Below are positions 62,060 to 64,000 of a DNA stretch of 64,000 nt, piece after piece. The translations under genes were made by a program, and so were the position numbers. Origin of the DNA: Phycisphaerae bacterium (GTDB taxonomy: Bacteria; Planctomycetota; Phycisphaerae; SM23-33); contig JBDKRA010000001.1 in assembly GCA_039683615.1 (NCBI GenBank), forward strand, positions 25,958 to 89,957, written 5' to 3'. Each line of letters opens with the position of its first letter. The first letter of the stretch is position 1. The notes under the pieces were generated by a model. That model ran no database searches and was not told the DNA's origin. It worked only from the letters and a program-made list of their open reading frames with translations.

Positions 62060-63055
62060 ATGCGGTACGTGAATCTGGGCCGGACCGGCCTGAAGGTGTC
62101 CACGATCTGCCTAGGCACGATGTGCTTCCTGAAAGCCGACGCCGACGAGGCCGAGGGCACGCGCGTCATCCATGCGGCTATCGACGCGGGCGTCAATTTC
62201 ATCGACACGGCCGACTGCTACGGCGAATCGGAACTGATCGTCGGCAAGGCGCTGGCCGACCGTCGCGACAAGGCCGTCCTGGCCACCAAGTGCTGGGCCC
62301 CTTGGAGCAAGTGGCCCAACGAGGGCGGCTCCAGCCGCTACCACATCATGGCCGCCTGCGAGCGCTCGCTCAAACGCCTGCAGACCGACCACATCGACCT
62401 GCTGATGATCCATCGGCCAGACTGGCAGTGGCCGCAGACGCCGACGGAAGAAATGCTGGGCGCCTTCACCGACCTGGTGCGCCAGGGCAAGGTGCGGTAC
62501 ATCGGTTCGTCGTGCTACCCGGCGTGGAAGCTCGTCGAGGCGCAGCTCACCAGCCAGGTGCACCACCTCGAGCGGTTCTGCTGCGAGCAACTCAACTACA
62601 GCATCACCAACCGCCTGCCGGAAAACGACATCCTTCACCTGTGTGAAAAGTACGGCGTCGGCGTGACGGTCTACAGCCCGCTGCAGGAAGGCTGGCTGAC
62701 GGGCAAGTACCGCCGCGGCGCCGAGCCGCCGGCCGACAGCCGCATGGCCCGCAAGTGGCGCATCCGCGCCAACGACCCCAACGCCGAGAAGTATTTCGAC
62801 ATCGTCGAAAAGCTCGCCCCCCTGGCCGAGAAACTCGCCGTGCCCATGAGCCAACTGGCCCTGGCGTGGCTGCTGCAAAACCCGCTGGTCCATAGTGTGA
62901 TCGTAGGCCCGCGAACGCTCGATCAGTTCCAGGACAACCTCAAGAGCCTCGACGTGCAACTCGACGCCGAAACCCTGGCCGCAATCGACCAGATCCACCC
63001 CCCCGGCGCATCCGTCTACGCCGAATACCCCCCCATCCGAAGCTGGCGCAAATGA
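62060..63055 (+). CDS. Aldo/keto reductase
   Basis: 331 aa. FIDTADCYG and the (beta/alpha)8 pattern are canonical for the aldo-keto reductase superfamily. Confidence 0.85.
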   Translation: MRYVNLGRTGLKVSTICLGTMCFLKADADEAEGTRVIHAAIDAGVNFIDTADCYGESELIVGKALADRRDKAVLATKCWAPWSKWPNEGGSSRYHIMAACERSLKRLQTDHIDLLMIHRPDWQWPQTPTEEMLGAFTDLVRQGKVRYIGSSCYPAWKLVEAQLTSQVHHLERFCCEQLNYSITNRLPENDILHLCEKYGVGVTVYSPLQEGWLTGKYRRGAEPPADSRMARKWRIRANDPNAEKYFDIVEKLAPLAEKLAVPMSQLALAWLLQNPLVHSVIVGPRTLDQFQDNLKSLDVQLDAETLAAIDQIHPPGASVYAEYPPIRSWRK

Positions 63056-63288
63056 TATATGGAGTGCGGCAGCCCTAGCTGCGCTTTGGAAGTTGTTGGA
63101 TGAATGGATGGGGTGGATGGGAGGCATGGGGGCACGCAGTTGTACCGCGGGTCGCCATGAGGGGGCGAAATGGTTCTGCCACGGCTGGACACAGCGCAGC
63201 GGAGTCCAGCGTTCCCCGTCGCTTTCGCCCGCAGCGGGTACATGCACATCGAAGACAGGAACGCTGGACTGTGCAACCGAGGTTTTCT

Positions 63289-63888
63289 CTAGCTTGCCCT
63301 CTGCGCTCTTTGCGAACTCTGCGGTGAACCTCTCATCTTCCGCGCAGCGGGCACGGCGGCTCGCAGATAATCTGCCAGCGACCAGAGCGTCGCGGCGATC
63401 ACCAGGGCGGTTGTGATGACGCGGGCGGTCGAGACCAGCGTGGGCGAAGACGATGCATGGGCAATCCATTCAATGATGATGAAGGAAAAGATTCCCGCGC
63501 CCTGGATGACGGCTTTGACCTTGCCGCTGAGGCGGGCGGCTGTGCTCGTGCCGGACAGGGCGGCCACCACGCGGGCATAGGAGACGATGATGTCGCGCCC
63601 GGCCATCACCAGCGGGACGGCAAGGGTTGCCCATCCGGCCAGGGCCAGGGCGAAGTAGATCGTCAGGCGGGCCAGCGAATCGGCCAACGGGTCGAGGATG
63701 CCGCCCAGCACCGAGGCCGTTCCCGCACGACGGGCGGCAATGCCGTCGAAGATGTCGCTGGCTTCCTCCATCGCCGCCAGCGCCAGAAGCGCGATGAACA
63801 GCGCAGCGCTCGTGTCACCAAAGGCGACCAGCGCCGCCATCGCGGCAGCCAAGAGGATTCTTGCGAATGTCAGGATGTATGCGAGCAT
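63289..63888 (-). CDS. CDP-alcohol phosphatidyltransferase (PgsA-like)
   Basis: DIFDGIAARRAGTASVLGGILDPLAD matches D-x2-DG-x2-AR-x8-G-x3-D-x3-D. The start at MLAYILTF (about 199 aa) was chosen over the track start at 63984. Confidence 0.75.
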   Translation of the reverse strand: MLAYILTFARILLAAAMAALVAFGDTSAALFIALLALAAMEEASDIFDGIAARRAGTASVLGGILDPLADSLARLTIYFALALAGWATLAVPLVMAGRDIIVSYARVVAALSGTSTAARLSGKVKAVIQGAGIFSFIIIEWIAHASSSPTLVSTARVITTALVIAATLWSLADYLRAAVPAARKMRGSPQSSQRAQRAS

Positions 63889-63903
63889 GTCCCTTAACCG
63901 CTT

Positions 63904-63985
63904 CGCAGGCGGGACGCCTGCGGATACGCGCGGACGAGACGTCCGCGACACGAACAACGGGCATGGGCGGGACGCCCATGCCACG
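63904..63985. repeat. Three consecutive REP-like hairpins
   Basis: CGCAGGCG-GGA-CGCCTGCG; CGCGGACG-AGA-CGTCCGCGACACG; GGCATGGGCG-GGA-CGCCCATGCCACG. Confidence 0.75.
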
Positions 63986-64000
63986 CACGGGCAAGATGTC

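Noticed and set aside
1-64000. tRNA, rRNA or tmRNA genes
   Set aside because: No cloverleaf-like or rRNA-like conserved segments were recognised by eye in the intergenic regions. A tRNAscan or Infernal run would be needed to be certain.

Overview
This is a 64-kb, high-GC (about 65-70%) bacterial chromosomal segment. The gene content suggests the PVC group or Planctomycetota, but that is a low-confidence guess: alternative complex III next to a cbb3 oxidase, an encapsulin, fucosidase, sialate esterase and LamG secreted proteins, and many ATGA start/stop overlaps. Every gene call rests on reading the supplied six-frame translations by eye; no database search was run.

The window has three parts.

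(1) Positions 1-15407, minus strand: a division/cell-wall (dcw) cluster, mraZ-rsmH-[LysM protein]-ftsL-like-ftsI-murE-murF-mraY-ftsW-[foreign plus-strand ORF]-murG-murC-murB-ddl (partial). No murD is present. A membrane-anchored LysM protein and a lower-GC opposite-strand ORF are inserted.

(2) Positions 15.4-24.8 kb: a repeat-dense accessory region.
- REP-like hairpins.
- A 180-bp tandem duplication carrying the 3-prime end of a cupin gene plus a MITE.
- Two MITE-like hairpin families.
- A zeta-toxin-like P-loop kinase with a small coupled partner gene, bracketed by hairpins.
- A GH130 + GT4 pair preceded by an inverted heptanucleotide microsatellite.
- A 3.6-kb low-GC island bounded by 39-bp inverted repeats. 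It carries a zinc-ribbon / winged-helix / nucleoside-2-deoxyribosyltransferase-like protein, a Fic AMPylase with palindromic operators, and an AT-rich hairpin array. This island is my main candidate for a previously undescribed module, possibly a defence module.

(3) Positions 24.8-64 kb: core metabolism.
- A LamG secreted protein, the pntAA-pntAB-pntB transhydrogenase, and an SDR epimerase.
- An EncFtn + family-1 encapsulin pair.
- A methyltransferase, GH29 fucosidase, flavodoxin and DUF1287 protein.
- UbiB with a phasin-like partner, and an OFA-family MFS transporter.
- An ACIII (actB-C-F-A) cluster followed by a cbb3 oxidase (ccoN plus a fused ccoO/P).
- A polyprenyl synthase, clpC and a URO-D family protein.
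- A Tyr/Gly/His-rich secreted peptide divergent from an ECF sigma / anti-sigma / CpxP-like operon.
- An SDR, a sialate O-acetylesterase, an aldo-keto reductase and a PgsA-like transferase.

No rRNA, tRNA or CRISPR array was recognised.
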